Assembly (NCBI GenBank): GCA_949297145.1
Contig: CASFQO010000008.1
Location: 46,766-110,765, forward strand
Length of the DNA: 64,000 nt
Reading direction: 5' to 3'
Origin: an uncultured Alphaproteobacteria bacterium
Lineage (GTDB): Bacteria; Pseudomonadota; Alphaproteobacteria; RF32; CAG-239
The position numbers were made by a program, and so were the translations under genes. Position 1 is the stretch's first letter, and every line of letters begins with the position of its first letter. This document shows, piece by piece, positions 1 to 9,587 of this stretch. The notes beneath the pieces are model-generated. The model searched no databases and had not been told where the DNA came from. It saw nothing but the letters and a program-made list of their open reading frames with translations.

Positions 1-1
1 A

Positions 2-232
2 TTGCCAAATTCTGCAAAAGATAAAAACATAGTAAGCCTTCAAGATGGATTAAAAGAAAGCACAACAGCAAAAGACGATTACTCAATTGGAGCGCAAATT
101 AATTATTACACAACCCAGCAAATATTAAGTATTGTTGATGCGGATGCACAAAATCAACAAACAGAAATCTTAAAAGATCTTGAAACTTTTAACTACAACT
201 ATTTTGGAAAGCAGGCTGAAGGAGAAAGCTAA
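2..232 (+). CDS. C-terminal fragment of a hypothetical protein; no recognizable motif; translationally coupled (TAATG) to the next gene
   Basis: Open frame runs off the window start; stop overlaps the next start codon. Confidence 0.3.
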   Translation: MPNSAKDKNIVSLQDGLKESTTAKDDYSIGAQINYYTTQQILSIVDADAQNQQTEILKDLETFNYNYFGKQAEGES

Positions 233-930
233 TGAAAAAGAAACTATGTATCCTCCTCTTTGTCTCATTAATATCATATACGCGTGAAGCATATGCGATA
301 TTTGATATTATGGCAAAAGTAGAATCAGCCATGGAATTGTACAAAGATGTAGAGAATAAAGTACAGGAAGTTCAGAAAAAAATAAGAGATATAGAAAAAA
401 GAGCAAGACAAGGTTTTGAAATGGCAAGCAACTGCTATAAAAATCCAACGAAATGTGATCCCAAAGCCTTAAAATCATTTGCAGAAGATTCTGAAAGTTA
501 TGTAACCAGTCTGACAGAAATTAAAGTTATGCCGGGAGCAGAAGAATTAAAAGAAGGCGATTTAAAGAAGAAAAGCGATAACAGTTTGGCTCAAACAGTA
601 GAAAATACCTATATTTATCAAAGGGGACAAGGAGAAGATATTGATAAAACAGAAGAAAATCGTCGCTACATAAATGCCATTGTAGCAGACGATACAGCGT
701 TACTATTTGCCAAAGGCGTTTCCGCACGTCAAAGCATATTGGTGGAAGATGGTTCGTTATATCAGGCAGAATTCAAAAATGAAAATATGGATGAAATCCT
801 AAATGCACAAAATGTAGTGGCCATTGCAACAGAGCAAAGATTGAATAGGGTATTGGAAATGAGAGCGTATATGACAAGTGCCGGAGCAACGGCTGAGCTA
901 ACTCAACAAACAAGAGAAGCAGATGAATAG
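232..930 (+). CDS. Secreted hypothetical protein with Sec signal peptide (MKKKLCILLFVSLISYTREAYA) and a mostly helical, charged body; possible VirB5/TrbJ-like T4SS periplasmic component
   Basis: Signal peptide with AYA cleavage motif; coiled-coil-like K/E-rich composition; first complete gene of the T4SS operon. Confidence 0.5.
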   Translation: MKKKLCILLFVSLISYTREAYAIFDIMAKVESAMELYKDVENKVQEVQKKIRDIEKRARQGFEMASNCYKNPTKCDPKALKSFAEDSESYVTSLTEIKVMPGAEELKEGDLKKKSDNSLAQTVENTYIYQRGQGEDIDKTEENRRYINAIVADDTALLFAKGVSARQSILVEDGSLYQAEFKNENMDEILNAQNVVAIATEQRLNRVLEMRAYMTSAGATAELTQQTREADE

Positions 931-939
931 GAGGAAATT

Positions 940-2298
940 ATGAAGAAAAAAACAGCAATCATCTGCCTAATAATAGGACTAGCAACAGGAAATGCAAATC
1001 CTGCCAATGCCTTAATTTTGGATGCTCCGACATTAGCTGCCAAAATCAGTGAGTGGGTAGGAAAAATAACCGATGCCACAACAAAAGTGACCCAGCAAGT
1101 ATCACAAGTAAAACAAATGACATCACAGGGCTTTAACAAAGAAGAACTCTTCAGCATAGCAGAAGAATACGCCTCAAGTTATGGAAAAGATTTACTCAAA
1201 ACCAAAATGAAAAAAATAGTGGATGGCACAAAAAAGAAAAACCGAGACAAGATGGAAACAGAAAAAGAAGCCTATGTAGAAGCTCAGAATGCTTACTATG
1301 AAGAAAAAATTGGGATAATGGATGATAGTATAAAAGAAACCGAGAATGCACGCAATGAAGCGCAAACCGCTCGTACACAAAAGCAAGCAGAGGTTGATCA
1401 AAAAAAAAGCTACTATGAAAGCGTCAAAGGAAATCTGTCGAAAGAACCAAAAGCATATGATGAGTATATGAAGGCACAGATGGAATATGACGAATTAGAT
1501 AAGACTTGCCAAGAATTTGATGTTCTGCTGGAAAATTTAGAAATGCAGAGAAGCGTATTGCAAGAAGAAAAAGCCAAAGTAGGGACTTCTGATGATCCTC
1601 AGTATGCATTATATGAAAAACGTCTGGAAGAAATGGATAAAGAAATAGAAGAGGCCGATGGAGAAGGAGGAAAAGAAGAAATTGTTAATAAATCAAGTGG
1701 TAATGAGGCTGAATGGGACGATGAAAACGTTGTGAAAGATTTCTCACCTACCGAGAAAGATTACACAGATTTTCTTGAGAGATATTTCTACAATCCAGAG
1801 GATTTGTCTGCAGCTGGAGGAGATGCGCGAATTGAACACCAAACAAAAATAGATGCTGTCACCAGAGAAAGAAGATTTTTGCTTGTAAACAGTGCGGCAC
1901 ACTTACTACAGGTATCAGCAACATTAAGAAGGGAGATTCCAGTACGTAGTGAAATTATAGATGAGATGTTTCAAAATACTCCTAAATCGACAGGAGAATT
2001 AGAGGCAATATCATCATATTCAGCCACAAGAATAGAAAATATGAAAGCATTGCTTATGTATGCGAAACTTCAAAGTGCAAGATTACAGTATATGTCTGCT
2101 AAACAATTGCTTAGCATAGACGCCATAAAAGTACCAAATGGAAATTATTCTGATTTTAATTTAGAAAAATACATCTTGACCAAAGAAGATGTGGATAAGG
2201 CAATAGAAGAAGCCAACACAGCAAACAGCGGTGTAACTTCTGTTGAAGATAATTATGAAGTAAATGCGGGAGACTACCAATGGTTAACAAACAACTAA
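940..2298 (+). CDS. Secreted coiled-coil protein (signal peptide MKKKTAIICLIIGLATGNANPANA), 452 aa; candidate VirB5/TrbJ-like component; contains an A9 homopolymer at 1400-1408
   Basis: Signal peptide; long E/K-rich heptad-like segments; 9-nt gap from previous gene; 19-nt overlap with next gene. Confidence 0.5.
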   Translation: MKKKTAIICLIIGLATGNANPANALILDAPTLAAKISEWVGKITDATTKVTQQVSQVKQMTSQGFNKEELFSIAEEYASSYGKDLLKTKMKKIVDGTKKKNRDKMETEKEAYVEAQNAYYEEKIGIMDDSIKETENARNEAQTARTQKQAEVDQKKSYYESVKGNLSKEPKAYDEYMKAQMEYDELDKTCQEFDVLLENLEMQRSVLQEEKAKVGTSDDPQYALYEKRLEEMDKEIEEADGEGGKEEIVNKSSGNEAEWDDENVVKDFSPTEKDYTDFLERYFYNPEDLSAAGGDARIEHQTKIDAVTRERRFLLVNSAAHLLQVSATLRREIPVRSEIIDEMFQNTPKSTGELEAISSYSATRIENMKALLMYAKLQSARLQYMSAKQLLSIDAIKVPNGNYSDFNLEKYILTKEDVDKAIEEANTANSGVTSVEDNYEVNAGDYQWLTNN

Positions 2299-5200
2299 GA
2301 GTGCTACAAAGCCTAATCCTAAGTGTATTAATCTTAGGTGCAGGAATACAAGAGGCCAAAGCGTTTTTGTTTTTGCCACCGATGCCATGGGATATTGAAG
2401 TAGATATTCCGGGCAATGCTAATAAAATTGTATCAAACATAAAAGCAGCATATCGTCAGGCACAAACCATAAAGTCTGAGCTCAACAGCCAAAAATTGGA
2501 GATTTTAAAGAAAGGACAAGCTTTCTTAAAAACGAAGTTCAATAAATATTCAGAAAAGGGCAAGAGCAAAGTTCCCGGAAAAGGGGCACTTCGCAACAGT
2601 GAGCTGTTAAATATCACCAAAGGTGGATTGGATGAAGAAGAGAACTTTAACGCATTTCATACTCTATTTTTCGTATATCCGGCTAAGAGTGAATATCCGG
2701 ATAACTATCCTGCAGTAAAACAAGCTTATAAAAGAAAGGCCAATGAGTATAAGCAAGATGTAATTATGGAAACATACTTAACAGGACGTGTTACAGAAAA
2801 TTATTTGGCGTTAGTTGAAAAGACCATTGAACGTTTGGATAATTGCCAAAAGGGAATGTATACAGAAGCTGAAATGGCCGAACATTGCGTGTTCTTTGGA
2901 TTACAAATGGCTTATGTAGAACCGGAAAAAGAAAATTTGGACAATGAAGGCAGTCCGGAAGATAGTACAAATCCAGGACAATATGGCGAAGTTATGAATG
3001 CCTATATTGTGACGACCGTATACGATAGATTAATGCGCATTGTAGAAGACCTGACAGGAACAGAAGCGCAATTTATATCAGCTATGCAAATTGATAGTGT
3101 AGACCCGATAGAACCCGAAGAGCAGAGTTCCGCAGAAGAGTATTTAGATAAAGGATATCGTTTTGTATATAATGACAATAAAGATTATGCTTTAGCAACA
3201 GGGACAATGCTCGGGGGAAATTATATCCGCAGCCAAGAATGTAAAAATGGTGGTAAAAATTGCCCAGATCAAAACGAAGATAGAACAACAATTAAGAACA
3301 CAGATGATACAGCAATTTTAGGAAAGCTCCAGCCGATTGAAGAACAGTTAAATCGTGCAATGGATTTACATAATCTGAAATCTCAATTAGCCGAATATAA
3401 AACTCAGTACAGAAAATACCTAAAATCAAAAGAAATACACGATAGAATGATGAAGGTGCTGGAAAAGAGTGACAGCAGCGTTGTCGACTTTTTAAATAGA
3501 TATAGCGATGGCAAAGGCTCAGAAATTTGGTATGGCGAGAGTAAACCGACCAAAGTTAACGATCACAGTAGCCGTGGAGGTTTATCAAAAGATGTCATTA
3601 TGGAATATCAGGAAGATACAACAGATAAACTGATAGGTACGTCTACAGGGGAGTGCGATGGATTCTATGAAAGCTGCCCAGACGGATATACACCAGGAGA
3701 ACCTTGCACATATACGGACAGTACAGGTAAAACTGTAACAAGCACAACAATGTTTGCATGCGTACTTGATACAGTAACATCAGATACAGAACCGGTAGAT
3801 AGTCCAAAAGTTTCCTATGAGCCAAAATTAGAAGAAGATTATAGTATTGCCGGTAGTAATAATACCAGAGAATACAATGAGACAGATTATCTTAAAAACG
3901 GCAATCAAGCCGATGAAATAGAAACAGATAATAGGATCAAAGCTGAAAAGAACTGGCGCATCGGTTATGACAAAATTATGAAATTAACCGAAGACGGTAC
4001 ATTAAAATTTAAACCATGGAACGATCAAAAGAATTTGCAATCAGAATACTTGCGCAACAAATACCGTAATATTCGCATGATAATCAAAACAGCCGATCAG
4101 GGGATGTTATCACAACGTGTTGCAAAAGTTTTAGCAGACGGAAACAACAACATTGGTCCAATTGAAGAAGTTTTACCAGCAGTATCTGCTTGCCAATTAA
4201 CAACGGATGCTACAAAAGGCGATGCCTTTGATAAAGCTTGTGAGGGATACGATTTAAACAAATCTTGTACAGGGAGCGGAGATGAAGCATCTTGCCATGC
4301 AGAAAAGAAGATATTATGTACATGCTATGACTCTGATGGAGATCCATATTCTTGTAGTAAAAAATTAACATGTAACATTAGTGGCAGCAATGACACAGGC
4401 ATAATAACTGGTTCTAGAGAAGAAACTTGTGCTAAAGTATCTGTTCCGATTAGATATAGTCAAACGATTAAAAATTTAACTGGAGGCTGCGATTTCACCA
4501 AAGCCGGAAGTGACTATACCGCCGTTGAAGATAAAAGCGGAAAATGCCCGGGAGAATGGGATTTGACCACCAAATTCCTTGTCAAAAGGTATATTCCGGG
4601 TGTAACAGCAAGCTGGAAGCATGAGGGAGGTTATGAAGGTACTTGCCCAACATCATTAGATGCACAAAATACACATCTATATGAAAATACTCACGCAGCC
4701 GGAAGAGTTGTTGCATCAGATCATTTCCAAGAACTTTTGGATTTGCGTAAACAAGTAGAAGCGAAATTGAAAGCTTTTATACAACAGTATGAAAACGATA
4801 TTAGCGCCTTAAAATCCGAGCTCCGCACAACAATAGCTCAACGGAGCGAATATGGGCAAAAACTAAGTGATGCCACGGATATTAAAAATGAGGCGGTTCA
4901 ACAGCGTCAACGCTCATTAAAACGTGTAGATGCAATCATCTCACAAATAGCAGAGTTGGAAAATCGTGTTGTTGAACTAAAAGCACGCTTGAACGAAAGA
5001 ACGCCAAAGCCGAAGAGCCTACAAAAAGAAATAGAGTCTTTAGAAATTGGTGCTGGTGAAGACTTAAATAAATTTGAAAAGCCGACATTAGCTCAACGAA
5101 TTGGGCAGATTCCGGCACTTCGAGAAGAATTAGCGTACATCTGCTACAATTCGCCAACTGATGAAGCGTACAAAGTATGTGCCCCATATAGAGCAACGGA

Positions 5201-7685
5201 AAATAAAGAAAATCCTTATGATGAAAACACACGTGATGATGATAAGTTTGATAAGATAGCTGATTTACATAAAGTAATCACTGCTAAAAACACGGAAATT
5301 GACAGTGCACAGTCTATGATGAAAATTCTGCAAGATAAAATAGATTCGCTAAATGAACAGTTGGAGAACACTGCAACAAAATTTGCAGAAGACTATATTC
5401 AAAAATCAGAAGAAGGCCAAGCAGAAATAGAAACAGCCAATAAAGTATTTGAAGATAAGCTCGAAACCAAGGAGGATGGCACTGAGCCAGACAGAATGGT
5501 TAGTGAAAACAGGGAATGGTGCAAACGTTATGGTCCAATAGGCCTAATCTGCAGAGAACACAGCAGTGAATACAAATATGACAATTTAGGTTGGACGATG
5601 GCCCGCGTAATGTTTGGCACAGGAAGCTCAAACAACGAAGGCGATGTTAAAGGTGAATTGCCAAACATTGTAAAAGATACCATTAACCAGCGTTGGTTCT
5701 CTAACAGCAGTTGGATTAATAATGCTGCTTCCAAACTAACACAAAAAGGTGGTGTTGTTAGAAAATTTGTGGTTGAAGGGGGAGTTTTAGCGCCCTACGG
5801 CATTCCTGATGGTCTATATACGCCAAGTCTTTTAGCCCAAAAAATAAAAGAAAAATCTGTAGAAGAAGCCAAGACCGCTTTGGCAGAAGGTGACTATGCA
5901 TACATTAACAAAGCAGATAAACTCGTCAAAGACGAAATAGATGCAGCGGTTAATAAAGTCACAGAGGTTATGGAAGAATGGGGCGTAACCGGAGAAGAGG
6001 GTAAAGAAGCAAATCCTGCAATTTATGAGCATGATAACTATGCTGCAGACGGAGCCACAGAAGGTGAGCAAGTCGTAACAGCAAGGCACTATCAGTTACT
6101 GGAAGACTTAAAGAAAGCTGTACATCAAAGTACACTTGATGCAGCAGAGATTGATTTACAACAAGTCTTTGGTATTCCTAATAATATTGTAACTGATGAT
6201 GACTATTTTGCAGCTCTACCGGCAAGAGGAAACTACAAGGGAACAGATACCTTTGTTCAGTTCGGGCGTGAAAATGGAAAATTCATCTTTGATGAAAATG
6301 ACGGCCGCGATTACCAAGCTCCAAGAAAACCATTATTAAATTTAGCTCCAGTAAGAGAAGTATTTTACTTCAGTGCATTGGATTATGATGATGTTCCGCA
6401 AAAAGACGGAAAACCATCATTGTCAGCACTGGTAGATTTAAAATATAAAGGTACGGAAAACGCCGTAGAATATTTGCCTGAAACTTGGAGATATTTATTG
6501 GCAACTCCAAACTTAAGACCAGGCACGGAAAAATATCAGCACACCTTTGTAGAACGAGCATTTGGAGTGGATAAACTAAAGAAATACCTGAATAATGAGG
6601 GAATAATCGGTGCAGAAGAATGGCACTATAGAACCATCATTGATCGAGCAGGCGTATATCCATGCAAACTAGGTGGCACAATAATAGATATTGCCGGCGG
6701 CGATAATGTGGGCGATATACAATTTAAGCGCCGCAGTTCAATGCCCGCAGGTATAACCAAGATTGAAAATTGCCAAGAAGTACTTGCATATAAAAGCGGT
6801 GTACGACACTTATTGGCAGACCACGATTCGAAAGATGACAGCAAATCTAAAGCTTTACAAGGAAGTTTAGGAAATACATCCGAACCAATGTACTCAAAGT
6901 ATAGCGAATTAGGACAATTCCTAAATGGTAACTTGCAATATCGTCCGTTGCTAAAAAATATTTATGACTATTTACTTGATGAAAACAATCAAGAAAATAA
7001 CATAGAGCGTCAACGTGCAGATACGGCAATCTTTAAGCGCAATATCATAGGCTCCTTCCTTGAAGCTGTAAACGCAGAGCATACGGCAGAAAAGTCTTTG
7101 GAACAAAACAAAGAAGATGCTATGGATACACTGAAAAACTTATGTACACAACTTCACAATTTTGGCGAGAGCGTCAATGGAGAAAGCTGTGCAGATAGTG
7201 AAGACAGTGAATGCTCTGAAGATATTGCAACAAGTTGTGCTGAATACATCATGGCAAATGGCGGATTAGCTAAAAATTCGGCAGATGATGTATATGATGT
7301 TGATTGTGCAAAATCAAATACCGGTTCATATTATGAAACTATATTCTGCAAACTTAACGACTTAAAAGATGAGGCTATTAAGAATGCAGAGAATGGTTAT
7401 AGCGATGAAAATGGTGAATACGAAGGATATAATGAAGTGAAAGGAATGACTGGAAACGAAAAGGTAGAAGAACGCAAACAGCAAATTGAAAACTACATAA
7501 CCGTTTTCACAGAAACAGATCCTGATGAAATATCTTACGTACAACCAAATGCAACACCGGAAGCAGTAGCCGAAGATGTGAAAGAAGCTCAAGCTAACCG
7601 CGAGGCATCATTAGATGCAACTGAAGAAGGTCTGGCATCTATGGATAATCAAAGTCAAGCGGTACCTTACGCACCGATATATTAA
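2280..7685 (+). CDS. Giant (1801 aa) secreted Cys-rich, coiled-coil, acidic protein of unknown function, at the position occupied by rvhB9-1 in Rickettsia T4SS loci
   Basis: Signal peptide MVNKQLRVLQSLILSVLILGAGIQEAKA; GGGAGA RBS 8 nt upstream; no TM segments; Cys-dense block approx aa 450-800; long coiled coils (e.g. QELLDLRKQVEAKLKAF...); acidic C-terminus. Confidence 0.55.
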   Translation: MVNKQLRVLQSLILSVLILGAGIQEAKAFLFLPPMPWDIEVDIPGNANKIVSNIKAAYRQAQTIKSELNSQKLEILKKGQAFLKTKFNKYSEKGKSKVPGKGALRNSELLNITKGGLDEEENFNAFHTLFFVYPAKSEYPDNYPAVKQAYKRKANEYKQDVIMETYLTGRVTENYLALVEKTIERLDNCQKGMYTEAEMAEHCVFFGLQMAYVEPEKENLDNEGSPEDSTNPGQYGEVMNAYIVTTVYDRLMRIVEDLTGTEAQFISAMQIDSVDPIEPEEQSSAEEYLDKGYRFVYNDNKDYALATGTMLGGNYIRSQECKNGGKNCPDQNEDRTTIKNTDDTAILGKLQPIEEQLNRAMDLHNLKSQLAEYKTQYRKYLKSKEIHDRMMKVLEKSDSSVVDFLNRYSDGKGSEIWYGESKPTKVNDHSSRGGLSKDVIMEYQEDTTDKLIGTSTGECDGFYESCPDGYTPGEPCTYTDSTGKTVTSTTMFACVLDTVTSDTEPVDSPKVSYEPKLEEDYSIAGSNNTREYNETDYLKNGNQADEIETDNRIKAEKNWRIGYDKIMKLTEDGTLKFKPWNDQKNLQSEYLRNKYRNIRMIIKTADQGMLSQRVAKVLADGNNNIGPIEEVLPAVSACQLTTDATKGDAFDKACEGYDLNKSCTGSGDEASCHAEKKILCTCYDSDGDPYSCSKKLTCNISGSNDTGIITGSREETCAKVSVPIRYSQTIKNLTGGCDFTKAGSDYTAVEDKSGKCPGEWDLTTKFLVKRYIPGVTASWKHEGGYEGTCPTSLDAQNTHLYENTHAAGRVVASDHFQELLDLRKQVEAKLKAFIQQYENDISALKSELRTTIAQRSEYGQKLSDATDIKNEAVQQRQRSLKRVDAIISQIAELENRVVELKARLNERTPKPKSLQKEIESLEIGAGEDLNKFEKPTLAQRIGQIPALREELAYICYNSPTDEAYKVCAPYRATENKENPYDENTRDDDKFDKIADLHKVITAKNTEIDSAQSMMKILQDKIDSLNEQLENTATKFAEDYIQKSEEGQAEIETANKVFEDKLETKEDGTEPDRMVSENREWCKRYGPIGLICREHSSEYKYDNLGWTMARVMFGTGSSNNEGDVKGELPNIVKDTINQRWFSNSSWINNAASKLTQKGGVVRKFVVEGGVLAPYGIPDGLYTPSLLAQKIKEKSVEEAKTALAEGDYAYINKADKLVKDEIDAAVNKVTEVMEEWGVTGEEGKEANPAIYEHDNYAADGATEGEQVVTARHYQLLEDLKKAVHQSTLDAAEIDLQQVFGIPNNIVTDDDYFAALPARGNYKGTDTFVQFGRENGKFIFDENDGRDYQAPRKPLLNLAPVREVFYFSALDYDDVPQKDGKPSLSALVDLKYKGTENAVEYLPETWRYLLATPNLRPGTEKYQHTFVERAFGVDKLKKYLNNEGIIGAEEWHYRTIIDRAGVYPCKLGGTIIDIAGGDNVGDIQFKRRSSMPAGITKIENCQEVLAYKSGVRHLLADHDSKDDSKSKALQGSLGNTSEPMYSKYSELGQFLNGNLQYRPLLKNIYDYLLDENNQENNIERQRADTAIFKRNIIGSFLEAVNAEHTAEKSLEQNKEDAMDTLKNLCTQLHNFGESVNGESCADSEDSECSEDIATSCAEYIMANGGLAKNSADDVYDVDCAKSNTGSYYETIFCKLNDLKDEAIKNAENGYSDENGEYEGYNEVKGMTGNEKVEERKQQIENYITVFTETDPDEISYVQPNATPEAVAEDVKEAQANREASLDATEEGLASMDNQSQAVPYAPIY

Positions 7686-7704
7686 AGAGGAAAAATAGCA
7701 AAGA

Positions 7705-8463
7705 ATGGTTAATTTAATAAATCAAAAAATACTTCGGATAACAGATAAAGGAAAACCCAAAGAAGCTCCGGCATTTATTACGGAAGATGTCATAGAAGTA
7801 AAACGTGCAAAATTGATTTATTACAAATGGATAAGTAGATTAATGGCGCTACTTGCAACCATCTCTTTGCTATATGGTGTTTGTGCAACATTATCAATAT
7901 TAAAGTTAGCGCCGGAAATAGTAATAGATCCGCAATTATTTGTACGCCTATCCGATTCTGAGTCTTTAGTCAAAAGGGAGAGAGTTGACCGTTGGATGGA
8001 GTCTCGTGAAAAGATGATGGTGAATTTCATGAAACAATATGTAGAGCTCCGAAACACCTACATCAAAGATGAAAAAGAAATGAATAACCGCTGGTTATGG
8101 GGAGGTCTTGTGTCATACCTATCAACCTATCCGGTATATAAAGAATTTGAAAAGGTCTTTCCTAAATTAAAAGAAGAAATGCAAGAAAAGGAAGCAAGTC
8201 GTTCTGTAGAAATTCTCTCAGTTGAGCGAACGGGCGGTGAAAACAGTAATACATGGAAAATAGAGTTTAAGACGTATGATTTTACTTTTAAGCAAAATAG
8301 ATTAAGCCGACGAGCAAGCGTGAAGCCGATTATAGAAGAGAGATTCTGGACTGCGAACATTCGTGGATATGTCGATCCAAACAGAAGAACGGCCTACAGA
8401 CGCCTTTTAAATCCATTAGGATTTGTCGTATACAGTTATTTTCAAAGTGAAATTGAGACTTAA
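7705..8463 (+). CDS. virB8: VirB8-like T4SS inner-membrane protein, paralog 1 (bitopic: N-terminal cytoplasmic tail, one TM, periplasmic NTF2-like domain)
   Basis: Single TM WISRLMALLATISLLYGVCATLSIL; size 252 aa; conserved C-terminal NPLGF-V-Y motif shared with the second copy. Confidence 0.7.
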   Translation: MVNLINQKILRITDKGKPKEAPAFITEDVIEVKRAKLIYYKWISRLMALLATISLLYGVCATLSILKLAPEIVIDPQLFVRLSDSESLVKRERVDRWMESREKMMVNFMKQYVELRNTYIKDEKEMNNRWLWGGLVSYLSTYPVYKEFEKVFPKLKEEMQEKEASRSVEILSVERTGGENSNTWKIEFKTYDFTFKQNRLSRRASVKPIIEERFWTANIRGYVDPNRRTAYRRLLNPLGFVVYSYFQSEIET

Positions 8464-8606
8464 AAATTTTTTAAGTATTGATAGAGTATAATACAGATAA
8501 AACAATTTAGCCTGTTGATAAGTCGCGCCAATTTGTTTTCTAGTTAGACTTTTAAAAATAAAAGTTTTAATTATAAATAGATGGAAAATTATTTAGAGGG
8601 TTAATC

Positions 8607-8798
8607 ATGTATTATAAAGCTTTAGTAATCGGTTTCGCTGTTCTAATATTGGCTGCATGTAATTTAGTCGGCAGCTATTATGAACCAGAACCTGTTGGTA
8701 TAGGTAAAGATGTATACGAATTGAAACTATCACCATGTGCTTGCATAGAGGTGGAATTACCAAAAACATTGCCGGATTGGTTCAAGGCAATCAGCTAA
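8607..8798 (+). CDS. virB7: Small (63 aa) lipoprotein, VirB7-like candidate, sandwiched between two virB8 paralogs
   Basis: Lipobox L-A-A-C at residues 15-18 (LILAACNL); AGAGGG RBS; size and position match rvhB7 of Rickettsiales. Confidence 0.5.
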   Translation: MYYKALVIGFAVLILAACNLVGSYYEPEPVGIGKDVYELKLSPCACIEVELPKTLPDWFKAIS

Positions 8799-8809
8799 GG
8801 TAAAAATCT

Positions 8810-9568
8810 ATGGTAGAGCAGCTATCCTCGGAAAATACAAAAAAACTTTTATTGGAAGGGCAAACTGGAGAAAAGCCTCGTCCTAAAATGGCGCGTCCTC
8901 ACAAAAGAGGTTCAGCGGATGTTATTGTCGAAAACGCAACAGAAAAAAGATATTTATGGACTGCCAGAGCTTTTGCTATTATCTTTGCGGTGAGCTTGTG
9001 TTGTAACTTAATCTTAACATACGTTGTATTTGCTATAATGCCACTCTATCGTATAGAGCCGTATTTGTTTAGTTTTGCAGAGAAAAAAGATCAAATCTAT
9101 ACAATCCATCCGGTTAAAAATATTTATGAGTATAAATACTTAACGGAAATCTTTATAAGAGAATATGTTTTATTACGTAATACCTTTGTTAACGACGTTA
9201 ATGAGATGGAACAACGTTGGGGGACAGGAAGCACTATTCAAGAAATGTCATCCCCAGGGGTTTATAGTAAATTTAAAGAGGAATTTGCTGATAAGGCAAT
9301 TGATTTAATTAGAAATCACAATATTACACGCAACATTAAAATCGCCTCAGTAACAGAAGTTGGTGGTAAAAATGGTGAAATGTGGTGGCAGGTAGAGTTT
9401 AGAGTTGAAGATATGATGCCCGAATTTGAAACACCGAGGTTAAGTGTGTGGTTGGCATCTGTCAAAATACAATATAGGGCCAAAAGGGTAACTTTTGGAG
9501 AAAGATTAAAAAATCCATTAGGGTTTACGGTACTTGATTATAAACAAGTAGAGAGAAAAACAAACTGA
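8810..9568 (+). CDS. virB8: VirB8-like T4SS inner-membrane protein, paralog 2
   Basis: TM AFAIIFAVSLCCNLILTYVVFAI; C-terminal motif RLKNPLGFTVLDY parallel to paralog 1. Confidence 0.7.
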   Translation: MVEQLSSENTKKLLLEGQTGEKPRPKMARPHKRGSADVIVENATEKRYLWTARAFAIIFAVSLCCNLILTYVVFAIMPLYRIEPYLFSFAEKKDQIYTIHPVKNIYEYKYLTEIFIREYVLLRNTFVNDVNEMEQRWGTGSTIQEMSSPGVYSKFKEEFADKAIDLIRNHNITRNIKIASVTEVGGKNGEMWWQVEFRVEDMMPEFETPRLSVWLASVKIQYRAKRVTFGERLKNPLGFTVLDYKQVERKTN

Positions 9569-9587
9569 TTGGGTGTAGGATAATTAG

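Noticed and set aside
2280-7685. Calling the 1801-aa protein VirB6 or VirB9-1 by position
   Set aside because: No hydrophobic TM segments (VirB6 is polytopic) and no recognizable VirB9 beta-domain signature; positional analogy only, so it is left as a hypothetical.
8464-8606. Possible internal promoter in the 143-bp gap before the VirB7-like gene (TTGATA-like hexamers)
   Set aside because: Spacing to any TATAAT-like element is wrong (3 nt or more than 19 nt); AT-rich background makes chance matches likely.
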